From Candidatus Iainarchaeum sp. (GTDB lineage Archaea; Micrarchaeota; Micrarchaeia; Anstonellales; Bilamarchaeaceae), in NCBI GenBank assembly GCA_028714535.1, contig JAQTME010000005.1, positions 2,781-66,780 of the forward strand: a stretch of 64,000 nt of DNA, written 5' to 3'. This document shows, one piece after another, positions 46,321 through 55,107 of this stretch. The notes beneath the pieces were generated by a model. It was not told the origin of the DNA, did no database searches, and saw only the letters and a list, made by a program, of their open reading frames with translations. Made by a program: the position numbers and the translations under genes. Each line of letters starts with the position of its first letter. Within the stretch, counting starts at the first letter, position 1.

Positions 46321-48136
46321 TAGAATCACCATCCTTGTTGCTCAGTTGGTCCGGCATCCTTCGTACCTCGACATTCTTTGGCAGTTTTAGCTTTGAAGTG
46401 TGTGCATAGCAGTAGATGATCAACTTTTGGTCTTCATCCACTTCCTTAGTCAGATGGTTTAGATATTCTTGAGTTACGTAAAACTCAGTCACGTGAGCGA
46501 ACGTCATTCCACGCTTTCCGTGCAGAACTCGTTTTCCCTTACTCATCAGCTTGAAACCTTCAAGTTTGCAGATGGCCAGGATCAGGTCACCGTTATTGTA
46601 CTTCGGATTTATGCGCTGTATTCCAAGTTCTTTGTCGGTAATCACAAGTGGATCTCCCAGTTCGCAGTAGGCGAAGCCTCCGCCGCCTTTCCAGTTGACC
46701 TGCTTGCTTATGCCCGTTTGATCTTCTCCCGAAACTACTCGTCTTAGGCGAGGCTTGCAGAGTGTTTCTGCGTGTTTACCTATCTCAATAGTCAACCATC
46801 GCCTACCTAGCTTATGTGCAACTGCAGCAGTAGTACCAGAACCGGCGAATGAGTCTAGAACGAGTTCTCCAGGTTCTGAAGCCATCTCAATTATTCTTTT
46901 AAGAAGCATTTCTGGTTTTTTGCTATTCTTAAATTTTACCTCCCCCTCTTGAGCTATTCCGGCATAATTGATATCATCCCACAGGTCTGTAATCAGTTCT
47001 GTTGGCCCCGTAACCCCGTCTATTGTCCTTATTTTATTGCTATAAAAAGAAAGCGCTCCACCATTTAGAATGTAGATATCATCATGCTCTTTCCTCGGAA
47101 TAATTAATATCCTATCCGGTTGTTTTTTTGATTCGGCAATCTTTTGTTTAATCAGTTCTGAGGGTTTATGCGGGTCTCTAACACTAACAATCCGGGGTGC
47201 ATTTTCCAATGCGAACGTTCCAGCCAAACTTGCGCGAATTGATTTCCATTCACTCCCCCATGTATTTTTAGCATCTTTCCACGAATGAAATCCTAACTTC
47301 TCTAACACTAAATCGTTTATCCTCTTAAATTTCCATTCCTCTGGTTTAGCCTCTGGATTCAAGATAAATAAATCATAATTTTCATCATAATTTACAAGCC
47401 TATACTGCGGTTTAAATTTATGCAATTCTTTGTTCTTGCAGTACATGAGTATGTAGTCTGTAACTGTAATTGGCCCTGGATTAATCGTCTTGAATCCGGC
47501 AGGGGATGCTCTCTTTTCTGAGATGATTTGAACGAAATTTTTCCTTAGAAAAACATCATTCATGAGCAGAATCAAATACCCCAATTCACGATTATCTATA
47601 TGAACAAAAATAACGCCATCCTGAGAGAGAAGTTTTTTCAATATCTCTAATCTTGGCCGCATCATGGAAAGCCAGGTGGATTGTTCTAAATTGTCTTCAT
47701 AGTGCTCAAATGCAGCGCCAGTATTGAAAGGCGGATCTATATAGATAAGTTTAACTTCCCCTGCAAAATCTTCTTCTAAAGCTTTCAGGGCCAATAAGTT
47801 ATCCCCCCTAATGAGCAGGTTTTCTGATTGTATGGGTGCATCACGTCTTACCCATTCTTTTTTTTCTGAGTTATAAACACAGTTACTCTGTCCGATAATT
47901 TCTCGCTGTCTAATGATCCTGAGTGGTATGTCTTTATTTCTTTTCCACACGGGCTGCCCATTATAGATATCCCAAAATACATAATCCTTACTCGGCCACA
48001 CCAGTTCAATGCGGCCATTCAGCTTGTTATCTTCGTACTTTGGAGCTGTCCGTCCCCCATCTGATTCAGAATTTTCCAAGTCACTACGCTCTGTTTCTTC
48101 AGCTTTGACCTCCTCAGCCTTCTTCGTTACCATCAT
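46313..48136 (-). CDS. mod: Type III adenine DNA methyltransferase (Mod)
   Basis: LIRGDNL, IYIDPPFNTG (motif IV), KKPEMLLKRII, VLDSFAGSGTT (motif I). Overlaps the res start by 8 nt. Confidence 0.92.
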   Translation of the reverse strand: MMVTKKAEEVKAEETERSDLENSESDGGRTAPKYEDNKLNGRIELVWPSKDYVFWDIYNGQPVWKRNKDIPLRIIRQREIIGQSNCVYNSEKKEWVRRDAPIQSENLLIRGDNLLALKALEEDFAGEVKLIYIDPPFNTGAAFEHYEDNLEQSTWLSMMRPRLEILKKLLSQDGVIFVHIDNRELGYLILLMNDVFLRKNFVQIISEKRASPAGFKTINPGPITVTDYILMYCKNKELHKFKPQYRLVNYDENYDLFILNPEAKPEEWKFKRINDLVLEKLGFHSWKDAKNTWGSEWKSIRASLAGTFALENAPRIVSVRDPHKPSELIKQKIAESKKQPDRILIIPRKEHDDIYILNGGALSFYSNKIRTIDGVTGPTELITDLWDDINYAGIAQEGEVKFKNSKKPEMLLKRIIEMASEPGELVLDSFAGSGTTAAVAHKLGRRWLTIEIGKHAETLCKPRLRRVVSGEDQTGISKQVNWKGGGGFAYCELGDPLVITDKELGIQRINPKYNNGDLILAICKLEGFKLMSKGKRVLHGKRGMTFAHVTEFYVTQEYLNHLTKEVDEDQKLIIYCYAHTSKLKLPKNVEVRRMPDQLSNKDGDSNE

Positions 48137-48223
48137 GAACCCCTACGAACAATTATTCTTCCAATCACACTCTTCTTGCGGCCATACGAACCACGGACCC
48201 CAGATATTATTGTTCCATTGTTT

Positions 48224-48553
48224 CTAGCGTACCTCTCTACTTTCTTCATTGCTTTTATTTACCTCATTATAGAGCTGTTCTAATCGGCATAGCATTTTGG
48301 CCTGTGTTTCGGAGGGAATCCAAAATTTCCACACGTCATTTCCAACTGAGTTTTTAAACACGATATAGAAGGATTTTGTGTTATCTGATTTTTTTATTGT
48401 AACAACTTTTAGATCTGGCGTATCAAATATTACGGATTTCTCATTTGCTGTTATCCCATGTTTCCTTTCATGGTGAGTGGGTTTTCCGATAAATTCTAAT
48501 ACTTCTTCGAAACTTTCGAAAATCCATTCGCCCGCTATTTTCATATCAACCAT
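48224..48553 (-). CDS. Hypothetical protein upstream of mod
   Basis: 109-aa AT-rich ORF co-oriented with mod-res. Confidence 0.6.
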   Translation of the reverse strand: MVDMKIAGEWIFESFEEVLEFIGKPTHHERKHGITANEKSVIFDTPDLKVVTIKKSDNTKSFYIVFKNSVGNDVWKFWIPSETQAKMLCRLEQLYNEVNKSNEESREVR

Positions 48554-48851
48554 AACCCATTTGCTCGAATTAATGCAAATTGTAATATCAGACCTAGTTT
48601 TATATGGTTCTCTTCTCAGAACAGCACTCGGTAACGGAGGTCAAAACGGGGTTCTGTTCTGACCTGAATTTGACGTAGAGTTCTTAAGGGAAGAATTGAA
48701 CTTCCAGCTCAGGCCTGAAACGGGTCTGTTCCGAACCGAAGGATCAGTTCTGAGCATTAATCGATTATCGGTTGGTTTGTCCGGTCCGCCTTCGAGTTTC
48801 CTACGTTTCCATATCGCCAGCAATAAATATGCTTTGCCTCAAACCGTCATC

Positions 48852-49610
48852 ATGGAAATCGTATTCCTCGGCACGGGCGGGGGCCGCATAAACCTCATAA
48901 AGCAGATACGGGGGACGGGCGGCTTCAGGATAAACTCCCGCTCGGCCAACATCCACGTGGACCCGGGCCCGGGCGCGCTCATCCATTCAATCGAGCAGAG
49001 GCAGAACCCGCTCGAGCTCGACGCCGTGATAGTGACGCACAACCACGTCGACCACATCTCGGACTCCATGGTGCTCATCGAGGCCATGACCAACTACGGG
49101 CTGAAGAAGAGGGGCGTGCTCATAGCGAGCAGGAACGCCATAGAGGAGAAGGGCGTGAGCGCCTACCACCAGTCGCGCGCGGGGACGGTCTACGCTGCGC
49201 AATACGGCGAGAGGAAGACGTTCACGAACGAGAAGGGCTCGTTTGAGATTGAAAGTTTCCCGATGAGGCACGAGGAACCGACGACGTTCGGGTTCAAGCT
49301 CTACCTGGACGGCGGCGTGCTCGGCTACATAAGCGACACCGAACTGACCGAAAGCCTTGGCAGGGACTTCGCCGGCTGCGACCTGCTCATAATAAACTGC
49401 ATAAAGCCCGAGGGCGACCCGTACAAGGGCCACCTCAAGACCGCGGAGGTCGCCACGATACTCAAGGCGGCGAGGCCCAAGGCGTGCATAATGACGCACA
49501 TGGGCCTGAAGATGCTCAAGGCAGGGCCGTCCGCAGAGGCTGAGAAGATAGAGAAGGAGAGCGGCGTGAAGACCACGGCGGCCCGCGACGGGATGAAGGT
49601 CACGGTCTGA
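48852..49610 (+). CDS. MBL-fold metallo-hydrolase
   Basis: FLGTGGG, VDPGPG, THNHVDH, YISDT, THMG. Host-like codon usage resumes here. Confidence 0.92.
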   Translation: MEIVFLGTGGGRINLIKQIRGTGGFRINSRSANIHVDPGPGALIHSIEQRQNPLELDAVIVTHNHVDHISDSMVLIEAMTNYGLKKRGVLIASRNAIEEKGVSAYHQSRAGTVYAAQYGERKTFTNEKGSFEIESFPMRHEEPTTFGFKLYLDGGVLGYISDTELTESLGRDFAGCDLLIINCIKPEGDPYKGHLKTAEVATILKAARPKACIMTHMGLKMLKAGPSAEAEKIEKESGVKTTAARDGMKVTV

Positions 49611-49678
49611 CACCATCTTTTTTAAACACTGGTTCGCACTAATAGGCAAAATAGGCAAATGATGAGAGGGAAACCCAT

Positions 49679-49921
49679 ATGCTGATTAGACACTATGCAG
49701 CGCAGTATCTCAGGAACTTCTTCCCGAAAGTGCACGAGGCGGCCAGGACAGCCGGGCATGTTGATTTTCTACGGCATCTAAAGACTCCGCCGGATTTAGG
49801 GCTGGAGCCGCCCATGCTAAAGGAGCTTCCAAGGCCGCAGTCGGCCATCCCGCCTTCCGGCGCAACTACTGATGGGAAGAGGCCGGCCATCATGCGCACG
49901 CCGATAAATGAAAACCAGTAG
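49679..49921 (+). CDS. Small hypothetical protein
   Basis: 80-aa ORF filling the gap before the SRP RNA. No motif recognised. Confidence 0.4.
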   Translation: MLIRHYAAQYLRNFFPKVHEAARTAGHVDFLRHLKTPPDLGLEPPMLKELPRPQSAIPPSGATTDGKRPAIMRTPINENQ

Positions 49922-49922
49922 G

Positions 49923-49930
49923 TTTAAAAT
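49923..49930 (+). promoter_or_regulatory. TATA box for the SRP RNA
   Basis: TTTAAAAT about 25 nt upstream of GGGCTAG. Confidence 0.55.
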
Positions 49931-49951
49931 ATCCCGAAGCGATAATATAAC

Positions 49952-50201
49952 GGGCTAGAGCGGGGCCAGGGGTCCCGGCATCGCAAATCCCCTTAGGCGA
50001 CTCGAATGCCCGGGGCGTTCTGTCATACTTGCATGCCCTGCGCCTTATGCGCTGAAGTCCTGCCTTGCGTGGCGGGACAATATGTGAACCGGGTCAGGCC
50101 GAAAGGAGCAGCCCTAAACTTATTGTACCGTGCTTGTAAGATACAGGGCCGAGCTGACGGCGTAGGCTCCTTGCACTTGTGCCATGGCTAACCGGGTGCC
50201 C
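49952..50201 (+). ncRNA. ffs: Signal recognition particle (7S) RNA
   Basis: Helix 8 motif GGGTCAGGCCGAAAGGAGCAGCCC (~50091-50114), helix 6 hairpin GTCCTGCC/GGCGGGAC, 5' GGGC pairing with 3' GCCC. Confidence 0.88.
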
Positions 50202-50237
50202 ATCTTCCCTTAGTTTTCATTTTGGAATCCGCCTTTC

Positions 50238-51491
50238 TTAGGCGCTCAATCTCCTGATTAGCTCGTTGCTTTTTTTCATCCCTTCGGGAATCCTGTCCTT
50301 GAAGAACTCTTTTGTCGCGTCAAACTGCTGTCCGTACCCTTCAATGTCCCCGTGCCCTATTACCGACGCCCATTCCCTCACGGCGCTGTGGAACTCGAGG
50401 TCATCGCCCCGGATGGTCTTGTCGAACAGGGCAGCATCCAGGGATTCGCCAAGAAGCCCTTCGTTCCTGAAAAGGTACTCGGCGATGCCCAGCCGCAGCC
50501 TGAACAACGGGGTCTGGCATATGAGGTTCCGGTACGGGTTTATCCCCAGCTGGTGCCAGGCGTCGACCATTGCCAGCAGGCTGAGGTGGGAGTTGGGCTT
50601 CCTCTGCCGCTCCCCGCCCAGCCTGAACTCGCCCATGACCGCATCGTCCAGAAGCACAGGCGAGTCCCCAGTTCCGAATACGGTATCAGACGCCCTCAGC
50701 AGCCTCTCCCTGAACTTCTGTTCTTCCTCCCGGATCATCAGCTTGAACAGCTCGGATTCAGATTTTGCGTATTGCTCTATTTGCCTCCTGGCAAATGGGT
50801 TCAATATCGCCAGGCCGGAGTAAACGTGCGCCTTGCCGCCATAAATCCTCAGCGCCATCAGTATCTTCACGTTGTCTATGCCGCCGGCATAGGATGCATC
50901 CTCCCAGGGGAATATGCCGGCATTCTTCCACCCCGTCCCCATGCTCTCGAACCCAAGGTGCGTAACCGCCTGGGTATCGGCAGTAATCCTGTCGTGCTCC
51001 ATGTAATCTGGGATTTCTATGATTTTCGAGCCGAGCGCCCCGAAGGTTTCTAGCGCCAGATGGTAAGCCTCATCCGAGCTCCTGTGCCTGATTACCGCCA
51101 GGCTCTGCCCGGCAAGGCCGACGCTCGGCCCATGAAGCGAGTGGCAGGTGACGATGTTCGCATCATCCGGCAGGTATTTTTCAAATGCTGCGATTTCAGG
51201 GGTTTTAACCGACGTCTGGCCTGCGACTATGGCGCCTGCTTTTGTCGACGGGCCGCACTCTTTCGCGACCTTGCCCATGTTCCCTGCTTCCACCGAATAG
51301 ATTATCAGGTCGCTTCTCCTGGAAACCGCAATCCCGTTAGCCAGGACATTGATGCCGGTTTTTTGCAATTCCTGCCTCAACTGGGGTATTTTTTCAGGCA
51401 GGTCGCACCCGTTTACCCTGTAGCCCTGCTTGGCGAATTCCCTGGCATATAATTTGCCCATGTCGCCTAAGCCGATGATTCCAATCTCCAT
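50238..51491 (-). CDS. tyrA: Prephenate dehydrogenase, fungal Tyr1-like long form
   Basis: IGIIGLGDMG, SDLIIYSVEA, GQTSVKTPEI, HSLHGP, HDRITADTQAVTH, PNSHLSLLA, DDLEF. Confidence 0.92.
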   Translation of the reverse strand: MEIGIIGLGDMGKLYAREFAKQGYRVNGCDLPEKIPQLRQELQKTGINVLANGIAVSRRSDLIIYSVEAGNMGKVAKECGPSTKAGAIVAGQTSVKTPEIAAFEKYLPDDANIVTCHSLHGPSVGLAGQSLAVIRHRSSDEAYHLALETFGALGSKIIEIPDYMEHDRITADTQAVTHLGFESMGTGWKNAGIFPWEDASYAGGIDNVKILMALRIYGGKAHVYSGLAILNPFARRQIEQYAKSESELFKLMIREEEQKFRERLLRASDTVFGTGDSPVLLDDAVMGEFRLGGERQRKPNSHLSLLAMVDAWHQLGINPYRNLICQTPLFRLRLGIAEYLFRNEGLLGESLDAALFDKTIRGDDLEFHSAVREWASVIGHGDIEGYGQQFDATKEFFKDRIPEGMKKSNELIRRLSA

Positions 51492-51654
51492 AATTATATG
51501 GATATGACACCATCGCATTAAAAATCAATAGTGGCTGCCCACTCGTCAGTTCGGCGGGGCATTGCGGGTCCCGGCCCTGCGTTTTCCCAGGCAGCCCGGA
51601 CACCAGCCATTTATAACACATTCTTCACAACTACACCACAGGATGGGTGGGAAT

Positions 51655-52845
51655 GTGAAACTCAGGCAGGCAGGGTTGGATGGGAAGGATAGGCAGCCGC
51701 ATGCGAAAGCGGCAGCCGCGGCGTTCGCCGCATTCACAGTGATGGCATGCTCCGTCGCTGCGGCCGGAAAGCCGCCGAATGCCCCGGGCTGCGATTGCAG
51801 TGGCGCGTTCCAGAAGGCGACGCCGGCGCAGGTGATGAAGGCGGACAGCGCAGCCGCGGCATTCAGGGATTCGGCAGGGGCGGTTGCCGTGCCCATGATG
51901 AATTCCAAGGGGCATGGGATGCCGTGGGACACTATATACGCCAGGGTCGGGGAGCTGCCTGACGGGAGGAGGGCCGTGATATCAGGGAGCAGGAGATACA
52001 ATACCGCAGACACGTTCATGCTCGACAGCGTGGAAATCGCGTATGGGCGCATTGCAGGGAAGAAGCCGGCGGGCTTCAGGCTCATCCCGGAAACATACAT
52101 CTACCCGTTCGACTACCCGTCGGTCAAGATACGAGCGGTGCCGGCCGGGAAGGGCGGCATGAGCCTGGGCGTCCGGCCGCTGCCTTACGCGGTAATCAAG
52201 CAGAGATATATGGGCAGGGCCAACGAGCCGCGCTGGATAGGATATGGCTGCACCGGCCTCATCTGCAGACCCGGGCCGGCCCAGAAGGTGCCTGACCCGG
52301 CTTCGCTGCCTACAATCCGGTTCGCAGAGCTGGAGCGGATGTGGAAGGGGATAGCCGGCGAACTTGGCCGCGGCGACGCCGCCCAGGCCAGGAGTCTCCT
52401 GAGCCGCTTCAGGGGCCACTCCAGAAACACCCCCACGGGATACGGCGCTTATTCCTCGCACCTCGAATACGGCGCATACAGGTTCGCCCACGACAGGGAG
52501 TATCCAGGCGGCGCCTCGGTGAGCGCCTACGCGAGCATCTGCGGCGACAGCGCGTGCACCGACAACGCTGAGAATGACGAGCCGGACAGGCACCTGCTCC
52601 TTTCCGCGGGCAATGGCATCGCGGTGCAGGTCGACCTCGCGCTCCTGGCCTCGCTATTCAGGAAGGTGGCCGGCAAGGAGCTCGGCAACGCGAGCGTGAT
52701 GGTGGACACCGCCTCCGGCGGCGGTGCGTGCGCCATCCTCGTGCCGAACACTGCGGACAACCACATGATGAAGGACGTGCCTGCCATCCGCGTGACCGCC
52801 TCGGCCAAGGGCGTGAAGACGGAATACCTGATGGTCAGGGAGTGA
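51655..52845 (+). CDS. Orphan exported protein
   Basis: GTG start after GGTGG. MKLRQAGLDGKDRQPHAK plus Ala-rich hydrophobic segment, and several Cys pairs. Confidence 0.65.
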   Translation: MKLRQAGLDGKDRQPHAKAAAAAFAAFTVMACSVAAAGKPPNAPGCDCSGAFQKATPAQVMKADSAAAAFRDSAGAVAVPMMNSKGHGMPWDTIYARVGELPDGRRAVISGSRRYNTADTFMLDSVEIAYGRIAGKKPAGFRLIPETYIYPFDYPSVKIRAVPAGKGGMSLGVRPLPYAVIKQRYMGRANEPRWIGYGCTGLICRPGPAQKVPDPASLPTIRFAELERMWKGIAGELGRGDAAQARSLLSRFRGHSRNTPTGYGAYSSHLEYGAYRFAHDREYPGGASVSAYASICGDSACTDNAENDEPDRHLLLSAGNGIAVQVDLALLASLFRKVAGKELGNASVMVDTASGGGACAILVPNTADNHMMKDVPAIRVTASAKGVKTEYLMVRE

Positions 52846-53740
52846 CGCGCGCAAGGCGCAGGGCCGGGAACGCGGCAGCCAATGCGGCCAGCAGGGCTGC
52901 TGCGGCGCAGCCGGCTGGCTTTTCAGGCGATGCTGGCGGGGCGCTCTCGTTTTTCGTGGCGTTCACCAACGGCGCGGGCGGCGCAGGGATGGGCTCGCAC
53001 GTCCTGTTCATGCAACGCAGCGACACGTTTTTGCAATCGCTGTCAGAGCAGCAGGCATACCGCACCCACAGGTGGTTCTCGGCATAGCCGCAGATGCCGG
53101 TCAGGTTCATGCATATCCCGTCCACGCAATACGTGTCAGTCGCGCAGTCGTCGTGGCTGCGGCACTCTGGCGGGGTGCAGTTCACGCTCTCGTAAAGCGC
53201 GCTTGCCGCATAGCCGGCTTTTTCAGCCGTGACGATGATGTCGCCGTCGCCGAACGGGAACGACGCGTTGCCGGACGCGCCCGTGAGCGATGACCAGTTC
53301 TGGGTGCGGACGAGGACGCCGTCCAGCGGCGCGCCGCCGGACGTGACCGACACCAGCATGAAGCTGGTGTTGCAGTCGTGGCTGATGCTGAGCTCCATGG
53401 TTTTCGGGGGCGGCGGCGGGCAGGCCGTGAACGTGAACTCTTCGTAATCGTCGTATTCGTATCCCTCGGCAAGGATGTAGATGCGGTAGGTGCCGCTGCG
53501 CTTCAGTGCCACGGATGCCGTGCCGTCTGCCGCCGTGTGCTGTAGCGCCACCAGCCCCTGGTAGGGCTCGTAAAGCACGATGCGCAGCTCCACGTCCGCC
53601 ACCGGCTGGCCGTCCGATGCCGCGGTCATCTGCAGGAGGTTGCCAGGGCACTGCTTCGCTGCGCTGAGCGTGAGGGTCGGCACAGTGTCGGCCGCAGACG
53701 CGAGCGAAACCAGCAGGGCGATGATCAGCAGGCGTTTCAT
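52835..53740 (-). CDS. Secreted surface protein with Cys-rich module and C-terminal anchor
   Basis: Signal MKRLLIIALLVSLASA, CRSHDDC..DTYC...C...C...CCSDSDC module, Pro-rich linker, GC followed by a hydrophobic tail. Confidence 0.8.
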   Translation of the reverse strand: MKRLLIIALLVSLASAADTVPTLTLSAAKQCPGNLLQMTAASDGQPVADVELRIVLYEPYQGLVALQHTAADGTASVALKRSGTYRIYILAEGYEYDDYEEFTFTACPPPPPKTMELSISHDCNTSFMLVSVTSGGAPLDGVLVRTQNWSSLTGASGNASFPFGDGDIIVTAEKAGYAASALYESVNCTPPECRSHDDCATDTYCVDGICMNLTGICGYAENHLWVRYACCSDSDCKNVSLRCMNRTCEPIPAPPAPLVNATKNESAPPASPEKPAGCAAAALLAALAAAFPALRLARVTP

Positions 53741-53874
53741 TGCATCAACTTTGCATTTTTCGCGAGAGCGAAAAATTAGCAAAACAATTTTGAAAGGAAC
53801 GGATTGCTTTTAATGCTTGCCTCGGTCGTCCTTTGGGGTGCGATGGCAGAAAATCTCACCCGCGAGGTGTAAGC

Positions 53875-53994
53875 ATGGCGAAAAAAAGCAGAGGCGGAAG
53901 GATGACCGCGGCCAAAGGGCGCGCGGCAAAGGGCAAGGGTGGAAAGGGCAGGGTCAAGAACCGCCCGGCAGGAAAAAGGATCATGAGGACCTAG
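53875..53994 (+). CDS. 39-aa Lys/Arg/Gly-rich basic peptide (not in ORF track)
   Basis: GAGGTG SD motif 5 nt before the ATG. MAKKSRGGRMTAAKGRAAKGKGGKGRVKNRPAGKRIMRT-stop. Confidence 0.6.
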   Translation: MAKKSRGGRMTAAKGRAAKGKGGKGRVKNRPAGKRIMRT

Positions 53995-54049
53995 GCGCAT
54001 TCCTAGGCTCAACGCAACTTTATTTGGGATATAACGGGGATGGTTTGAT

Positions 54050-54484
54050 ATGGGTAAACATAATGTAGTGTCTGGAATTCTCGTATTGATAGTAATTGCG
54101 ATGATTGTGGTATCCACCTATGCGGTGCTGAGTTACACCACCGGCGTTCTTAATGCGGCCGTGGCCTTTGCGTCATCTGACCAGGCCGGCAAGCTCACGT
54201 CTTGCGGGATAACGCCTCCGCCCGAGCTGTTCAAGCTTCAGGCAGACGTTCCAACCCTCATACTTCCGGCAGTCTATCTTGGCTTGCCAGGCCTGGCGAT
54301 ACTCATCGCGATACTGATGTTCATCGCCGGGTACTACTATGGCGGAGGGGAAGCGCGCAGCAGCAGCGAAACATCGGTCACGACAAGCACCCCGAACAGG
54401 AGCCGTGACACTGGCAAGTACCAGCCGGGCAGGCGCGTCGAGAAGACCATAACGGAGAAATCCTCCAGCAGCGGGGAGAAGTAA
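54050..54484 (+). CDS. Hypothetical two-TM membrane protein
   Basis: Two hydrophobic helices and a Ser/Thr/charged tail. Confidence 0.7.
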   Translation: MGKHNVVSGILVLIVIAMIVVSTYAVLSYTTGVLNAAVAFASSDQAGKLTSCGITPPPELFKLQADVPTLILPAVYLGLPGLAILIAILMFIAGYYYGGGEARSSSETSVTTSTPNRSRDTGKYQPGRRVEKTITEKSSSSGEK

Positions 54485-54556
54485 TCCCTCTTTTTTATTT
54501 TTTATAGCTTCCAACCGCGCAGAAGCGCGTTTAAACCTTTGCTGGGGCGTCTAAGC

Positions 54557-54814
54557 ATGTCAAAAACGTACATCGAAGTCGGGACCCTCATAGTCGCCCT
54601 GGTCGTGCTCTGGCTGCTGCTCGTGTTCATCCAGAACCCGGTTGCTCTGATCGTCAACTCGATAATAGCGTTCGCCATCCTGTTCCTCCTCAACGCCATC
54701 TTCGGCCTGGGGATCCCGATCAACATAATCACCATCCTGATAGTGGCCATCGGCGGCATCGTCGGCCTTCTGCTGGTAATCATACTGAGACTGATGAGGA
54801 TAGCATTCGTCTGA
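54557..54814 (+). CDS. BofA-like small membrane protein
   Basis: LIVNSIIA..ILFLLN..FG.GIPINIITILIVAIGGIVG pattern. Confidence 0.75.
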   Translation: MSKTYIEVGTLIVALVVLWLLLVFIQNPVALIVNSIIAFAILFLLNAIFGLGIPINIITILIVAIGGIVGLLLVIILRLMRIAFV

Positions 54815-54824
54815 GGCGCATGCC

Positions 54825-55082
54825 ATGGCTGAAGCTCTTGGATTTGTCGGTTTGTTCGGGTTATTGGTAGCGCTTTTGATAGTCTACCTGGTATATAGGT
54901 TCCTGAAGAACCCCGGCTACATAATAGCGAACTCGATCATGGGCATCGTGATATTCTTCATCCTGAATCTCATCGGGGCCGGCATACCCATCAATATCTT
55001 TTCGGTCGGGATTGTCGCGATAGGCGGCATCCCCGGCGTAGTGCTGGTCCTGCTCATCCACTTCCTAGGGCTTGGATTCTGA
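54825..55082 (+). CDS. Second BofA-like small membrane protein
   Basis: IIANSIMG..IFFILNLIG.GIPIN..SVGIVAIGGIPG pattern. Confidence 0.78.
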   Translation: MAEALGFVGLFGLLVALLIVYLVYRFLKNPGYIIANSIMGIVIFFILNLIGAGIPINIFSVGIVAIGGIPGVVLVLLIHFLGLGF

Positions 55083-55107
55083 GGCCGGATGGCAAAATGC
55101 CCGTGAT

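Larger units (their letters stand above)
37778..48830. mobile_element. AT-rich genomic (defence) island
   Basis: Visible switch to AT-rich codon usage. It carries Hachiman, Type III RM, a HerA-like ATPase and a gene relic. No integrase was seen and the boundaries are approximate. Confidence 0.8.

Noticed and set aside
47858-47865. A8 tract in mod as a phase-variation switch
   Set aside because: It is short, in frame (EKK), and unremarkable in AT-rich DNA.
48554-48830. Repeated GTTCTG-like words and possible integrase relic or att site at the island's right edge
   Set aside because: There is no regular spacing, no recognisable protein motif in the frames I read, and no match to the left junction.
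53776-54117. 113-aa minus-strand ORF and 83-aa plus-strand ORF
   Set aside because: Both overlap the better supported SD-led basic peptide and the 54050 gene, and neither has coherent composition.
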